Counted from the stretch's first letter, positions 1 to 10,270 are shown. The stretch is DNA of 20,431 nucleotides from an uncultured Clostridiaceae bacterium (GCA_950096965.1 CATNCV010000028.1:1-20431), one strand, 5' to 3'. Translations and numbers: made by a program. The notes: a model not told the origin generated them from the letters alone.

Positions 1-36
1 TAAAAAAATTAAGTATAATTTTAATAAAAGTAGCCA

Positions 37-82
37 AAAATCTCCGTCCCCATTGGCTTAAAATCTCCGTCCCCATTGGCTT
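37..82 (-). repeat. Tandem direct repeat, 2 x 23 bp (AAAATCTCCGTCCCCATTGGCTT). Member of the GGGACGG-core intergenic repeat family; the core reads GGGGACGGAG on the minus strand.
   Basis: Identical abutting 23-mers at 37-59 and 60-82. The reverse complement AAGCCAATGGGGACGGAGATTTT resembles the ATTGGGGACGG copies at 9747, 14141, 14183, 14255 (rc) and 17581/17641. Confidence 0.85.
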
Positions 83-194
83 CACCATTCACTTTTATTA
101 CAACAGTATTACAATTAAATATCATTTGTATAACAAACATTGAATAAAAGAAATTTATGAAATATAATATAAAAAAATGTTTTGGAGGTTACCA

Positions 195-950
195 ATGGAG
201 GAAACATTTGCAAATTATATATTAAATGAAAACGATTGGATTAGAAAAATGGAAATAATGTATTACTTGGAGAAAAAGGGAAATGTATTTTTCGATAAAT
301 CAGTTATACTAAAAACAGAGCTTGCAAAGCTTTTTATAGATGTAATGAATATAAAAGAAGTTGATGAAAATATTGTGATAACAGCATGCCTATTATGCAA
401 TTGTAGAAAACCAAGTAATTTTTCAGATATAAATAAAGTAAAATCATATGCAAAAGATGGAGCTAGATATTTAGAAAAATTAGGATTTTCAAAGCGTTTT
501 TGTAAAATATGTGAAGAAGTAAATAGACATAGTGGAAGTAATCCCCGTGAAAAAGAAAGTGATATATTAGAATTAGTAGATAATTTTGGGGCAATGTTAT
601 TAGATAGGTTTGACAGAATTGCATTTAAACCAGATGAAGCATTGCTATTATTAGAGTATAGAAATTTAAAAGGCAATACAAATATATATTTAGAACAATT
701 TGCACAATTTATAGAAAAAATACAAAGAGCACATATAGGCTTAAATAGAAGTATAGAACACTTATCAAAACTAATAAATACATCAAGAACAACAAAAGTA
801 GCATTAGTTAATAGCTATAATTCAGAAGTAGATATAAAAAAAGCATTAGAAGAATTAGAAAAAGTACCAAAAGAGGAGAAAGAGGAATATGTGGCAGATA
901 TAAAAATAAACCCAGAAGAAATAGAAACAATAGTATTAAAAAGAGGTTAA
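195..950 (+). CDS. Hypothetical protein, no confident family assignment
   Basis: ORF 177..950. The ATG at 195 is preceded by GGAGG (184-188) at good spacing, so 195 is the preferred start. The coding strand shows the same A-rich codon bias as its neighbours. Confidence 0.6.
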   Translation: MEETFANYILNENDWIRKMEIMYYLEKKGNVFFDKSVILKTELAKLFIDVMNIKEVDENIVITACLLCNCRKPSNFSDINKVKSYAKDGARYLEKLGFSKRFCKICEEVNRHSGSNPREKESDILELVDNFGAMLLDRFDRIAFKPDEALLLLEYRNLKGNTNIYLEQFAQFIEKIQRAHIGLNRSIEHLSKLINTSRTTKVALVNSYNSEVDIKKALEELEKVPKEEKEEYVADIKINPEEIETIVLKRG

Positions 951-1030
951 AAGTTGGAAACTAGAGGTTGGAAATAAGGTGATTTCTTAGAAGAAATTAC
1001 ACTATTTCCAACTTTCAACCTCCAACTTCT
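951..1030 (+). terminator. Long imperfect palindrome after the first gene, likely a terminator or REP-like hairpin
   Basis: Paired arms: AAGTTG/CAACTT, GAGGTTG/CAACCTC, GTTGGAAATA/TATTTCCAAC, and inner ATTTCT/AGAAAT. A short T-rich tract (CTTCTTTT) follows. Confidence 0.4.
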
Positions 1031-1101
1031 TTTAGATTAATATAGAACATAAATTTAAATAATCAAAACTAAAACAAATAGGAGAATAGGAGAAACAAGA
1101 A

Positions 1102-2289
1102 ATGAATGAAGTATTTGCAGATTTACACATACATATAGGAAGAAGTGAAAAAGGAAAACCAATAAAAATAACAGCAGCGAGGTCTTTAAACTTTGCAAAC
1201 ATAGCAAAAGAATGCTATGACAGAAAAGGTATACAAATATGTGGAATTATAGATTGTGCCTCACCATATGTAATAGAAGATATAGAAAACTTCCTAAAAA
1301 CAGGTGAAGCCTATGAAATAGAAGATGGAGGAATAATATATAAAGATAAAGTTTGTATATTATTAGGAAGTGAAGTAGAAACTTCAGAAATAGGAAGAAA
1401 TGGTCACAAAGGTGCAGCACACAATGTATGTTTTTTTCCACACTTAAAAGATATAAAAGGTTTTTCTGATGAAATGAGTCATCACATAAAAAATATAACT
1501 CTAAGTACACAAAGGTCAAACTTATCAGGATACGAATTAATAGATATAGTAGAAAAATACAATGGAATACTAATACCAGCCCATGTATTTACACCACATA
1601 AAAGTTACTATGGAAACTGTGTAGACAGTTTAAAAGAAATATTCAAAGAAAAATTTGATAAAATATATGCAATAGAACTAGGCTTAAGCTCAGATACATT
1701 TTTAGCAGATACAATATCAGAATTGGAAACAAAAACATTTGTGACAAATTCTGATGCACACTCATTACCAAAAATAGCAAGAGAATACAATAAACTGCAA
1801 GTAGAAGACATATCATTCAAAGAAGTAGTAAAAGCATTAAAAAATGAAGAAGGAAGAAAAGTATTAGCAAACTATGGCTTAGACCCAAAACTAGGAAAAT
1901 ACCATAGGACATACTGTGATAACTGTGAAAACACAATAGAAACAAAAGAGCCAGTAAATATATGTCCAAAATGTGGAAGTGACAAAGTAACGTTTGGAGT
2001 GTTTGATAGAATAGAACTAATAAAAGACAAAAAACAAACAAAAAGCCCAAAAACAAGACCACCATACATATACCAAGTACCACTAGGTTTTGTACCAGGG
2101 GTAGGAACAAAAGTAATAGAAAAATTACTAAATAAATTTGGAACCGAAATGACAATACTTCACAAACTATCAAAAGACGACATAGAAGCAGTAGTAGGAC
2201 AAAAAATAGCAAACAAAATAGAAGAAGCAAGAACAGGTCACGCAAAAATAGAAGTCGGCGGTGGCGGAGTTTACGGTAAAGTAAAATAA
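1102..2289 (+). CDS. Endonuclease Q family protein (TIGR00375-like; PHP domain, zinc ribbon, helix-hairpin-helix)
   Basis: N-terminal ADLHIHIGRS PHP metal motif; CDNC..CPKCGS zinc ribbon; GVGTKVIEKLLNKFGTE HhH-like segment; C-terminal GGGGVYGK. RBS is AGGAGAA upstream of the ATG at 1102. Confidence 0.7.
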   Translation: MNEVFADLHIHIGRSEKGKPIKITAARSLNFANIAKECYDRKGIQICGIIDCASPYVIEDIENFLKTGEAYEIEDGGIIYKDKVCILLGSEVETSEIGRNGHKGAAHNVCFFPHLKDIKGFSDEMSHHIKNITLSTQRSNLSGYELIDIVEKYNGILIPAHVFTPHKSYYGNCVDSLKEIFKEKFDKIYAIELGLSSDTFLADTISELETKTFVTNSDAHSLPKIAREYNKLQVEDISFKEVVKALKNEEGRKVLANYGLDPKLGKYHRTYCDNCENTIETKEPVNICPKCGSDKVTFGVFDRIELIKDKKQTKSPKTRPPYIYQVPLGFVPGVGTKVIEKLLNKFGTEMTILHKLSKDDIEAVVGQKIANKIEEARTGHAKIEVGGGGVYGKVK

Positions 2290-2412
2290 AGGAGAAAAAA
2301 TAGTTAGAAAAACGTAATAAAAACGTAATATAAAAGTAACATGAATGTAATGAGAAGATGATATACTTAATATATATAAATATTATGAATGAATAGTAAA
2401 TGAGGTAAGAAA

Positions 2413-3069
2413 ATGATAAATAAAATACTGAAGTTGATAATGCTTATAATTATTTCAATAATGATTTTTACAGTATATACATATGCTTTTTCAATAGAAC
2501 CTTCCATTAATAATGTTTCTGTAAAACCTGGTGAAGAAATTATATTTAAAATTAAATCAAATGAAAAAATAGTTGCAACTAACTTTAAACTAAATTATGA
2601 TAATGAAGCATTTGAACTAGTAAAAAGCAATACATCAGGATTAAATGTTGCAGAAAAAGATGGTAAAATTGCTTGCATATATGCAGATATGAGTGGGGTA
2701 GGAACAAATAATTTTGAAATTATTTTAAAAGCAAAACTATCAAATAAAAGTGTAAACTTTGGATTAGAAGACGCAAAATTTAGAGCAGTAAATGCCAAAA
2801 CATCATATACTGGAAGTCAAATAGATGGAATAGAAACAATAATTAATGTAAAAACAATAGATGATACAAACACAAATACTATTGTAAATGAAACACAAAA
2901 TAATATAAATAATGTAGTAACCAATAGCAATACAGATAATACAACAAGTCAAGATACTAAACTACCACAAACTGGAGAAAATAATATATTAATAAAACTA
3001 GTAATTCTATTTGTTTTATTAATAATTGTAAACAAAATAAGACTTAATAGATTAAAAGAAATAAAATAA
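2413..3069 (+). CDS. LPXTG-anchored surface protein with an N-terminal cohesin-like module
   Basis: Signal peptide; a roughly 120-aa beta module with cohesin-like spacing (VKPGEEI..F.LNYD..FELV..DGKIACIYAD..G.G.NNFEI.LKAK); Asn/Thr-rich stalk; LPQTGE sortase motif followed by a hydrophobic segment and a basic tail. Confidence 0.6.
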   Translation: MINKILKLIMLIIISIMIFTVYTYAFSIEPSINNVSVKPGEEIIFKIKSNEKIVATNFKLNYDNEAFELVKSNTSGLNVAEKDGKIACIYADMSGVGTNNFEIILKAKLSNKSVNFGLEDAKFRAVNAKTSYTGSQIDGIETIINVKTIDDTNTNTIVNETQNNINNVVTNSNTDNTTSQDTKLPQTGENNILIKLVILFVLLIIVNKIRLNRLKEIK

Positions 3070-3087
3070 ATTAGAAAAGAGGAGTAT

Positions 3088-4710
3088 ATGAAGAAAATAA
3101 TAAAAATAAGCATATTATTAATTATAATTATGATGCTAATACCGATAACATCCAATGCATTCACTGCCAAAACCTCTATAGATAAAGAATATATTGAGGT
3201 GGGAGATGAAGTAGTATATAAAATAAGTTGTGATAAAAAAGTTATAGGTGCTAACTTTAGCATAGAATATGACCCAAAGTGTTTTGAACTTATAGATAGT
3301 AGGACATCAGGTTTAAATGTTGCAACAAAAAATGATGAAATTATGTGCATATATGCTAACATTGAAGGTAAAGGAATAAATGATTTTGAAGTTGCATTTA
3401 AAGCAACAAAACCAAGTAAGGAAACAACTTTTAGCATAGGAAATGTTAAATTTAGAGCAGTTGGACAAAAAGAATCATATACATTTAAAAGTACAAATGG
3501 ATTAGATGACATAGATGTTAAAATAGACAAAACATTAGCAATGAGTATAGTATATATTGTAATTATAGGAATAGGAGTAATTATTATGGGGGTAACAATT
3601 TTAGTTGTATCAAATAAAGTGAAAAAGAGTGGAATATTAAAAAAGTTTTTATCTAGTATATTAGCATTGTTTATAATTAGTTCATTAGCTCCAAAAGTAG
3701 AAGCAGTAGAAAATGGAATTGTTATAAACTTCTCAAAATTAGAAGGAGAAAAGATAGTACAAATAGTACTACCAAAAGATGACGAGGACAAGCAGGTAAC
3801 AAAGCAAGAAATAATTGCAATAAATGATACAATTATTAGTATAAAAGATGAAAATGGAACTGAAATACAAAATGATGAAATAATAAAAACAGGATATACA
3901 TTAGAAACTAGAAATGGAACATCTAAAATTGTATTATTAGGTGATGCAAATGGAGATGGCTATGTATGTGACACAGATGATATTATGGTTATAATAGACG
4001 ATTACTTAGGCAATGAGCCAGCAAACAATATACAAAAGCTAGCAGCAAATTTATATAATATAGATGACATATTAGATGTAGATGATGTTATGCAAATGAT
4101 AGACATGTACTTAGGAAGACTAGAAGATAGTTTACTAACTGAGCCACTTAGAACAAATACTGAAGAAACAAATACTGAAATTCCAAAATCACAATTAAAA
4201 GTAGGTGATGTTATAAAATACAACTCAGATATAAGCCTTACAACTATGAACTTGAAATGGATAATTTGGAAAATAGAAGGTGAAACAATTCAAATAATTC
4301 CAACACCTATTATAGTTCAAAATTGCGATTATGCATTTGCTAAATATGCCATAGCAGTTGAAACAAAACTAAATGGACCATATACAGGTTCAAATTGGAA
4401 TAATTGCAGTAGCTATTCAGAATTTGCAACTTTCCAAAAATGTTTTAATGGAGAATATGCAAAAGAAATGAGTTTCCCTTTACAAGCAGATTATGATAAT
4501 TATAAAAATTCTACAGATGCCACTATTTCACAAGTATTTAATAATTATTTTGTAGGAAACTATTGGGTAGAAGATACTTATGGAACAGCTGCTTCAACAA
4601 CAGGAGATAATGAAAGAGTAGGCTTACGACCAATTGTAACTTTAAAAGAAAATATAACAATAGGTTCAGGCACAGGTTCAGAATTAGACCCATATATATT
4701 AGAAAAATAG
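3088..4710 (+). CDS. Membrane protein with a cohesin-like module, two hydrophobic segments, a dockerin-like double EF-hand repeat and a C-terminal domain of unknown function
   Basis: The N-terminal part is a paralog of 2413..3069 (TSGLNVA.K..I.CIYA..G.G.N.FE..KA...KFRAV). Dockerin-like GDANGDGYVCDTDDIMVIIDDYLG plus a degenerate second repeat. The C-terminal domain ends in ..RVGLRPIVTL... Confidence 0.6.
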   Translation: MKKIIKISILLIIIMMLIPITSNAFTAKTSIDKEYIEVGDEVVYKISCDKKVIGANFSIEYDPKCFELIDSRTSGLNVATKNDEIMCIYANIEGKGINDFEVAFKATKPSKETTFSIGNVKFRAVGQKESYTFKSTNGLDDIDVKIDKTLAMSIVYIVIIGIGVIIMGVTILVVSNKVKKSGILKKFLSSILALFIISSLAPKVEAVENGIVINFSKLEGEKIVQIVLPKDDEDKQVTKQEIIAINDTIISIKDENGTEIQNDEIIKTGYTLETRNGTSKIVLLGDANGDGYVCDTDDIMVIIDDYLGNEPANNIQKLAANLYNIDDILDVDDVMQMIDMYLGRLEDSLLTEPLRTNTEETNTEIPKSQLKVGDVIKYNSDISLTTMNLKWIIWKIEGETIQIIPTPIIVQNCDYAFAKYAIAVETKLNGPYTGSNWNNCSSYSEFATFQKCFNGEYAKEMSFPLQADYDNYKNSTDATISQVFNNYFVGNYWVEDTYGTAASTTGDNERVGLRPIVTLKENITIGSGTGSELDPYILEK

Positions 4711-4725
4711 AACTTAAAGTTTAAT

Positions 4726-4770
4726 AAAAATAAGTAATAAAATTCGTCATTTTATTACTTATTTTTTATT
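4726..4770 (+). terminator. Rho-independent terminator downstream of 3088..4710
   Basis: Perfect 18-bp stem AAAAATAAGTAATAAAAT / ATTTTATTACTTATTTTT with loop TCGTC, running into a T tract. Confidence 0.8.
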
Positions 4771-4797
4771 GATATTTTTTCATTGATATATTATAAT
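4769..4797 (+). promoter_or_regulatory. Sigma-A-type promoter candidate for polC
   Basis: TTGATA (4769-4774), 17-nt spacer, TATAAT (4792-4797), about 40 nt upstream of the polC ATG. Confidence 0.5.
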
Positions 4798-4837
4798 GTG
4801 GTACAGTAATTAAGAGAGTTTTTGGGGGCAATTAAAT

Positions 4838-7800
4838 ATGAGTGAAAATCAAGAGTATAAGCACATAAGAGAAGTTTTTAGAGATTTTAATTCAAGTAAT
4901 CAAAATATAATGAACAGCAAAGTAAAGTCTATAAATTTATTTAAAAAAATAAACACTTTAGAAATAACTTTGATAACAAATATTCTAATAGAAGTTAAAG
5001 GTGTATATGCTTTTGAAAAATATTTAGAGGTTCGTTTTGGAATAGCAAATATAAAAATTAAAATTGAAAATGAGAAAGTAGAGCAAAATATAGAAGATAA
5101 AGTTTGTGAAAGTACCGGAACAGATGAAATAGGAAGTAAAGTGGAAAAACAATGGGAAGATATTATAGAATATATTTCATATAAGCACCCTATGTTTAAG
5201 GCTATTTTAGCTAAAAGTACTATGGGGGTAGATAATAAAAATATAAATGTACTTCTTTCTAAAAAAGGAAAGGATTTTTTAAGTGCTAAAAAGTTTGACG
5301 AAATATTATCAAATGTAATATTTAATGTATATGGAGCAAGGTATAAGGTAACTTGTACAGAAAATGTTAGTGAAGAGGATATAAAGAAATATCAAGAATA
5401 TAATAAAAAAATGGAAGAAGAAGCAATACGAAACTTACAGGTGAAAGCACAAGAAAATATGGAAGAATATAGTGGAGCTGAAGTAAGAAGCGGGGCACCG
5501 AAGGAGATGAACTCTATAGAAGTATCTGTGGCTGGCAGTCAAGGAGAAAATGGTATGCCACCTCCACCGCCAATAGATATACCTTTTGATGATAGCTATT
5601 TTGGGGAAGTACCACCACCTCCTCCACCAACAGAAGAAGACTATTTACTTGAACTTGAAGAAATGAACGATGCAAAAAATTATATTTTAGGAAAACCATC
5701 AAAGGCTAAAGAAAATAAAGTGAAAATAAAAGAAATAACAGCAGAAAATAAGCGTATAACAATAGAAGGTAGAGTAGTTACTTGTGAGTGCAGAGAAACA
5801 AAAACAGGTAAAGGAATGATAATATTTGACCTTTATGATGGAACAGGAATTATAACATGTAAGTCATTTACTACAGATAGCAAAGAAGGAAATGTAGTAG
5901 CAGATAAAATAAGAAATGCAAGTGGAATTAAAACAATAGGAAAAGCAGGTTTAGATGCATTTGCGGGAGATGTTACTGTAATGTCAAATATCATAGTAGA
6001 AATAAACGGTGATAATTTCCCAAAACTTCCAACAGAAGATGAAGACTCACCATTAATATTAGGAATGAACCCAGAAATAAAAGAGCCACTAATAAAAGTA
6101 CAAGATGTAGGAGTAGAATCTGGAAATGTATGTATAGATGGAGAGGTCATCGCTATGGAAGATAGAGAACTAAAAGGAGGGAAAATACTTTTAAGCTTAT
6201 CTATTTATGATGGTACAAGCACAATGACATGTAAAGCTTTCCTAACAAAAGATAATAGCAAAAAAGTAATAGGAAAAATAAAAGGTGCAAAAGGAATAAA
6301 ACTTGCAGGAAAAGCAGGAATGGATACATTCTCAAATGAAGTTACTATTATGGCCAATACAATTGTAGTATCAAATGGAATAAAAAGAGAAGTAAGAATG
6401 GATAACTCAGAAGTAAAAAGAGTAGAACTTCACATGCACACTCAAATGAGCCAAATGGATGCAGTAACACCAGCAGCAGAACTAATAAAAAGAGCTATGA
6501 AATGGGGAATGAAGTCAATAGCAATTACAGACCATGGAGTAGTACAATCTTTCCCAGATGCTCATAAAATGCTAGGTTTTGATAACCCAGACATGAAAGT
6601 AATATATGGTGTAGAAGCATATTTAGTACCAGATAAATCAAATATAGTAACAAATTCAAAAAATCAAAGCTTAGAAAATACAACATATTGTGTGTTAGAC
6701 TTAGAAACAACAGGACTTTCATTTAGAACAGAAAAAATAACAGAAGTAGGAATAATGAAAGTAAAAAATGGAGAAGTAATAGACGAATTCAGCTGTTTTG
6801 TAAACCCAGAAAAGCCAATACCACCAAAGGTTGTAGAAGTAACAAATATAACAGATGAAATGGTAAAAGATGCAGAGACAATAGACAAAGTATTTCCAAA
6901 AATATTAGAATTTGTAGGAGATAGTGTATTAGTTGCCCATAATGCAGACTTTGACATAGGCTTTTTAAAACACAATGCAAAAGAGCTAGGATACACACTA
7001 GATAATACATATATGGATACTTTGCGTTTAGCAAAGAGGCTTTTCCCAGACTTTAAGAAATACAAACTAGGAATAATAGCAGACAAGCTAGGAATAGTAG
7101 TTGAAGTAGCACATAGAGCTTTAGATGATGTTGATACAACTGTAAAAGTTCTAAATGTAATGTTTAATATGCTAAAAGAAGATGGCATAAAAACCTTAGA
7201 TGATATTGACGCTAAAAGCGAAGTAGACTTTAAAAAATTACCAAGCTACCACGCAATAATATTAGCTAAAAACTATGTAGGTCTAAAAAACTTATACAAA
7301 TTAGTATCACTTTCACACTTACACTATTTCTATAAAAAGCCACGTATATTAAAATCAATATACAAAAAATATTCAGAAGGCTTAATACTAGGAAGTGCCT
7401 GTGAAGCAGGGGAACTATATAGATCAATAGTAGAAGGAAAAGATGATGACGAAGTAGAAGAAATAGCAAAAGACTACGACTACTTAGAAATACAACCAAC
7501 AGGAAACAATATGTATATGGTAAGAAACGGAACTTTACCAGATGCAAGAGCAATAGAAGATATAAACAGAAAAATAGTAGCCTTAGGAGAAAAACTAGGA
7601 AAACTAGTAGTAGCAACCTGTGACGTTCACTTTATAGACCCACAAGACGAAATATATAGAAGAATATTAATGGCAGGTCAAGGCTATGATGACGCAGACG
7701 AGCAAGCACCACTATATTTACGTACAACAGAAGAAATGCTAAAAGAATTCGAATACTTAGGAGAAGAAAAAGCATATGAAGTAGTTGTAACAAACACAAA

Positions 7801-9740
7801 TAAAGTATCAGACATGTGTGAAAGGATAAGTCCAATATCACCAGAAAAATGCCCACCACACATAGAAGGTTGTGAGCAAACAATAAAAGATATAGCTTTT
7901 GATAAAGCACACGAACTATATGGAGACCCACTCCCAGAAATAGTACAAGAAAGGCTAGATAAAGAGTTAAACTCAATTATAAAAAATGGATTCTCAGTTA
8001 TGTACATAATAGCACAAAAACTAGTATGGAAATCTAATGAAGATGGCTATATAGTAGGTTCAAGGGGGTCAGTAGGTTCATCATTTGTAGCCAACATGAC
8101 AGGTATAACAGAAGTAAACTCACTTCCTCCACATTATAGGTGCCCAAACTGTAAATATTCAGACTTTACAGACTATGGCTACCAATGTGGTTTCGACTTA
8201 CCAGATAAAGAATGTCCAAAATGTGGAACACAAATGGTAAAAGATGGAATAGACATACCATTTGAAACATTCTTAGGTTTTAATGGAGATAAAGAGCCAG
8301 ATATTGACTTAAACTTTTCAGGAGAATACCAAGCAAAAGCACACAAATATACAGAAGTAATATTTGGAAAAGGAACAACCTTTAAAGCAGGAACAGTAGG
8401 AACAGTAGCAGACAAAACAGCTTTTGGATATGTAAAAAAATACTATGAAGAAAGAGGAGTACCAGTAAACAACGCAGAAGTAATAAGAATATCACAAGGA
8501 TGTACACGGAATAAAAAGAACTTCAGGGCAGCACCCAGGAGGAATAATAGTTGTACCAAAAGGAAGAGAAATATATGAATTCACTCCAGTACAACACCCA
8601 GCAGATGACCCAAATTCAGACATAGTAACAACACACTTTGACTACCACTCAATAGACCAAAACCTATTAAAACTAGATATACTAGGACACGACGACCCAA
8701 CTGTAATACGTATGCTTTACGACCTAACAGGAATAGACCCAACAAAAGTACCATTAGATGATAAAGAAACCATGAGTATATTTAGTTCAACAGATGCCTT
8801 AGGGGTAACACCAGAACAAATAGGAAGTAAAGTAGGAAGTTACCGGAATACCAGAATTTGGAACAAAATTCGTAAGAGGAATGCTAGTAGATACAAAACC
8901 AACAACATTTGACGAGCTAATACGTATATCAGGGCTATCACATGGCACAGACGTATGGCTAGGAAATGCGCAAAGCTTAATAGAAGAAGGAACAACAACC
9001 CTTCAAAACTCTATATGCTGTCGTGACGATATAATGATATACCTAATAAAAAAAGGAGTACCACCAAACCCAGCCTTCAAAATAATGGAAACAGTACGTA
9101 AAGGAAAAGCCCTAAAAGATAAGGAAAAATGGGCAGAAAATGTAGCATTAATGAAAGAACACGACGTACCAGACTGGTATATAAAATCTTGTGAAAAAAT
9201 AAAATACATGTTCCCAAAAGCCCATGCAGCAGCATATGTAACAAATGCATTCAGAATAGCATGGTTTAAAGTACACGAGCCAAAAGCATACTACACAGCC
9301 TATTTCACAATACGTGCAGACGAATTTGACAGTGAAATAATGTGCTATGGAAAAGAAAAAGTAAAAAACAAAATGAAAGAAATAGACTTAAACCGGAAAT
9401 AGTGCAACAACAAAAGATAAAAACATGTATGCAATACTAGAACTAGTATTAGAAATGTATGAAAGAGGAATAAAATTCCTACCAATAGACCTATATAAAT
9501 CACACGCTACAAAATTCCAAATAGAAGAAGACCGGAATACGCCCACCACTAAACAGCGTACCAGGCCTAGGAACAGTAGCAGCCGAAGGAATAGAAGAAG
9601 CAAAAAAAGACGGCAAATTCATGTCAATAGACGACATGAAAATCCGCTCAAAAATAGGAAACTCAGTAGTAGACCTACTAAAAAAAATGGGCTGCCTAGA
9701 AGGAATGAGCCAAAGCAATCAATTAAGCCTATTCGGCTAA
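4838..9740 (+). CDS. polC: DNA polymerase III PolC-type (Gram-positive replicase). As sequenced it is split by four +1 frame breaks at 8507, 8843/4, 9393/4 and 9532/3.
   Basis: ORFs 4838..8578, 8712..8912, 8881..9402 and 9425..9805 are consecutive PolC pieces in frames 2, 3, 1, 2. Motifs: HMHTQMS (PHP); [33 protein letters not shown] (DEDDh exonuclease); CPNC..CPKC zinc module. Dropping one base per site gives [78 protein letters not shown] and [32 protein letters not shown]...QLSLFG, with the stop at 9738-9740. Confidence 0.92.
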
Positions 9741-9789
9741 CTTCCCATTGGGGACGTTTCCTTTTGGGGTATCTGTCACTTTTGGGAAG
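9741..9789 (+). repeat. Stem-loop immediately 3' of polC carrying a GGGGACG repeat-family core
   Basis: CTTCCCA (9741-9747) pairs with TGGGAAG (9783-9789). The interior contains ATTGGGGACGTTTCC (9747-9761). Confidence 0.5.
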
Positions 9790-9818
9790 TATAAAATACA
9801 AATAATTATTATTGTAGG

Positions 9819-9846
9819 GGTCGCTGTTTCGGCGACCTTTTCTTCT
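9819..9846 (+). terminator. Rho-independent terminator of polC, embedded in a TGTAGGGG module
   Basis: GGTCGC / GCGACC stem with loop TGTTTCG, followed by TTTTCTTC. It is preceded by ATTATTGTAGGGG. Confidence 0.7.
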
Positions 9847-9874
9847 AAGAACTAGCCTAAATTAATTAAAAAAA

Positions 9875-9927
9875 TGTAGGGGCTTAATAGGTTAGGAATA
9901 TATAAGAGAATTTACCAAATTACACCC
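9875..9927 (+). repeat. About 53-nt conserved intergenic module (TGTAGGGGCTTAAT.GGTTAGGAATA...AAGAGAATTTACC.AATTA..CCC), copy 1
   Basis: Near-identical to 14323..14375. It can fold as GGGG(C)...(G)CCC enclosing TAAT.GGT / ACC.AATTA. Confidence 0.8.
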
Positions 9928-10065
9928 TTTTATAATTCTTGATTTAAAGATTGTATAATTTACATAAAACTATTGCAAAAATACAAAAATATACTAATTA
10001 TTATAAAATGCATATGTTGAAACTTATAAACTCATAAAAATAACTATTTTTAAGGAGGAAACAAA

Positions 10066-10266
10066 ATGAAAATTAAGCAAAGACAAAACCATTTTGCAAA
10101 GAAAAAAGGAGTCATACAAGGAGAATGTTGCAAGTGTAAAAGAACAGTTATATTTGAAAAAATGTATATAGCCCATAATGGGATGTACAGATGGAATTTC
10201 TGTACAGAATGCATACACTCTATCGAGGAAGCTAAAGAAGCCTCACTAATTAAAAGACCCACATAA
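10066..10266 (+). CDS. Small zinc-ribbon-like protein (66 aa), function unknown
   Basis: Strong RBS AAGGAGG 8 nt upstream of the ATG. Cysteine pairs CCKCK ... CTEC. Confidence 0.5.
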   Translation: MKIKQRQNHFAKKKGVIQGECCKCKRTVIFEKMYIAHNGMYRWNFCTECIHSIEEAKEASLIKRPT

Positions 10267-10270
10267 AGCA

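Noticed and set aside
37-82. Possible CRISPR array or leader at the window start
   Set aside because: There are only two directly abutting 23-bp copies with no spacers, and no cas genes in the window. The unit belongs to the dispersed GGGACGG repeat family.
2949-3791. 280-aa minus-strand ORF, plus many other minus-strand ORFs in the track (for example 263..676, 1817..2245, 6664..7188, 7266..7616, 7632..8007, 13422..13832, 15119..15475, 19701..20048)
   Set aside because: All lie antisense to well-supported + strand genes. They are dominated by L/F/S/I, the mirror image of an A-rich coding strand with few stop-forming triplets. They lack RBSs, and 2949..3791 even runs across an intergenic gap. 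These are shadow ORFs.
5560-5625. Proline-codon runs in polC as a slippage-prone simple repeat or contingency locus
   Set aside because: The codons are mixed (CCA/CCT/CCG) rather than a pure homopolymer or microsatellite, and the frame is maintained. It reads as a Pro-rich interdomain linker.
8712-9805. ORFs 8712..8912, 8881..9402 and 9425..9805 as independent genes
   Set aside because: They are consecutive C-terminal pieces of PolC in shifted frames. The Arg/Lys/Asn-rich tails (for example ..[22 protein letters not shown] and the 9425..9805 tail) are out-of-frame read-through.
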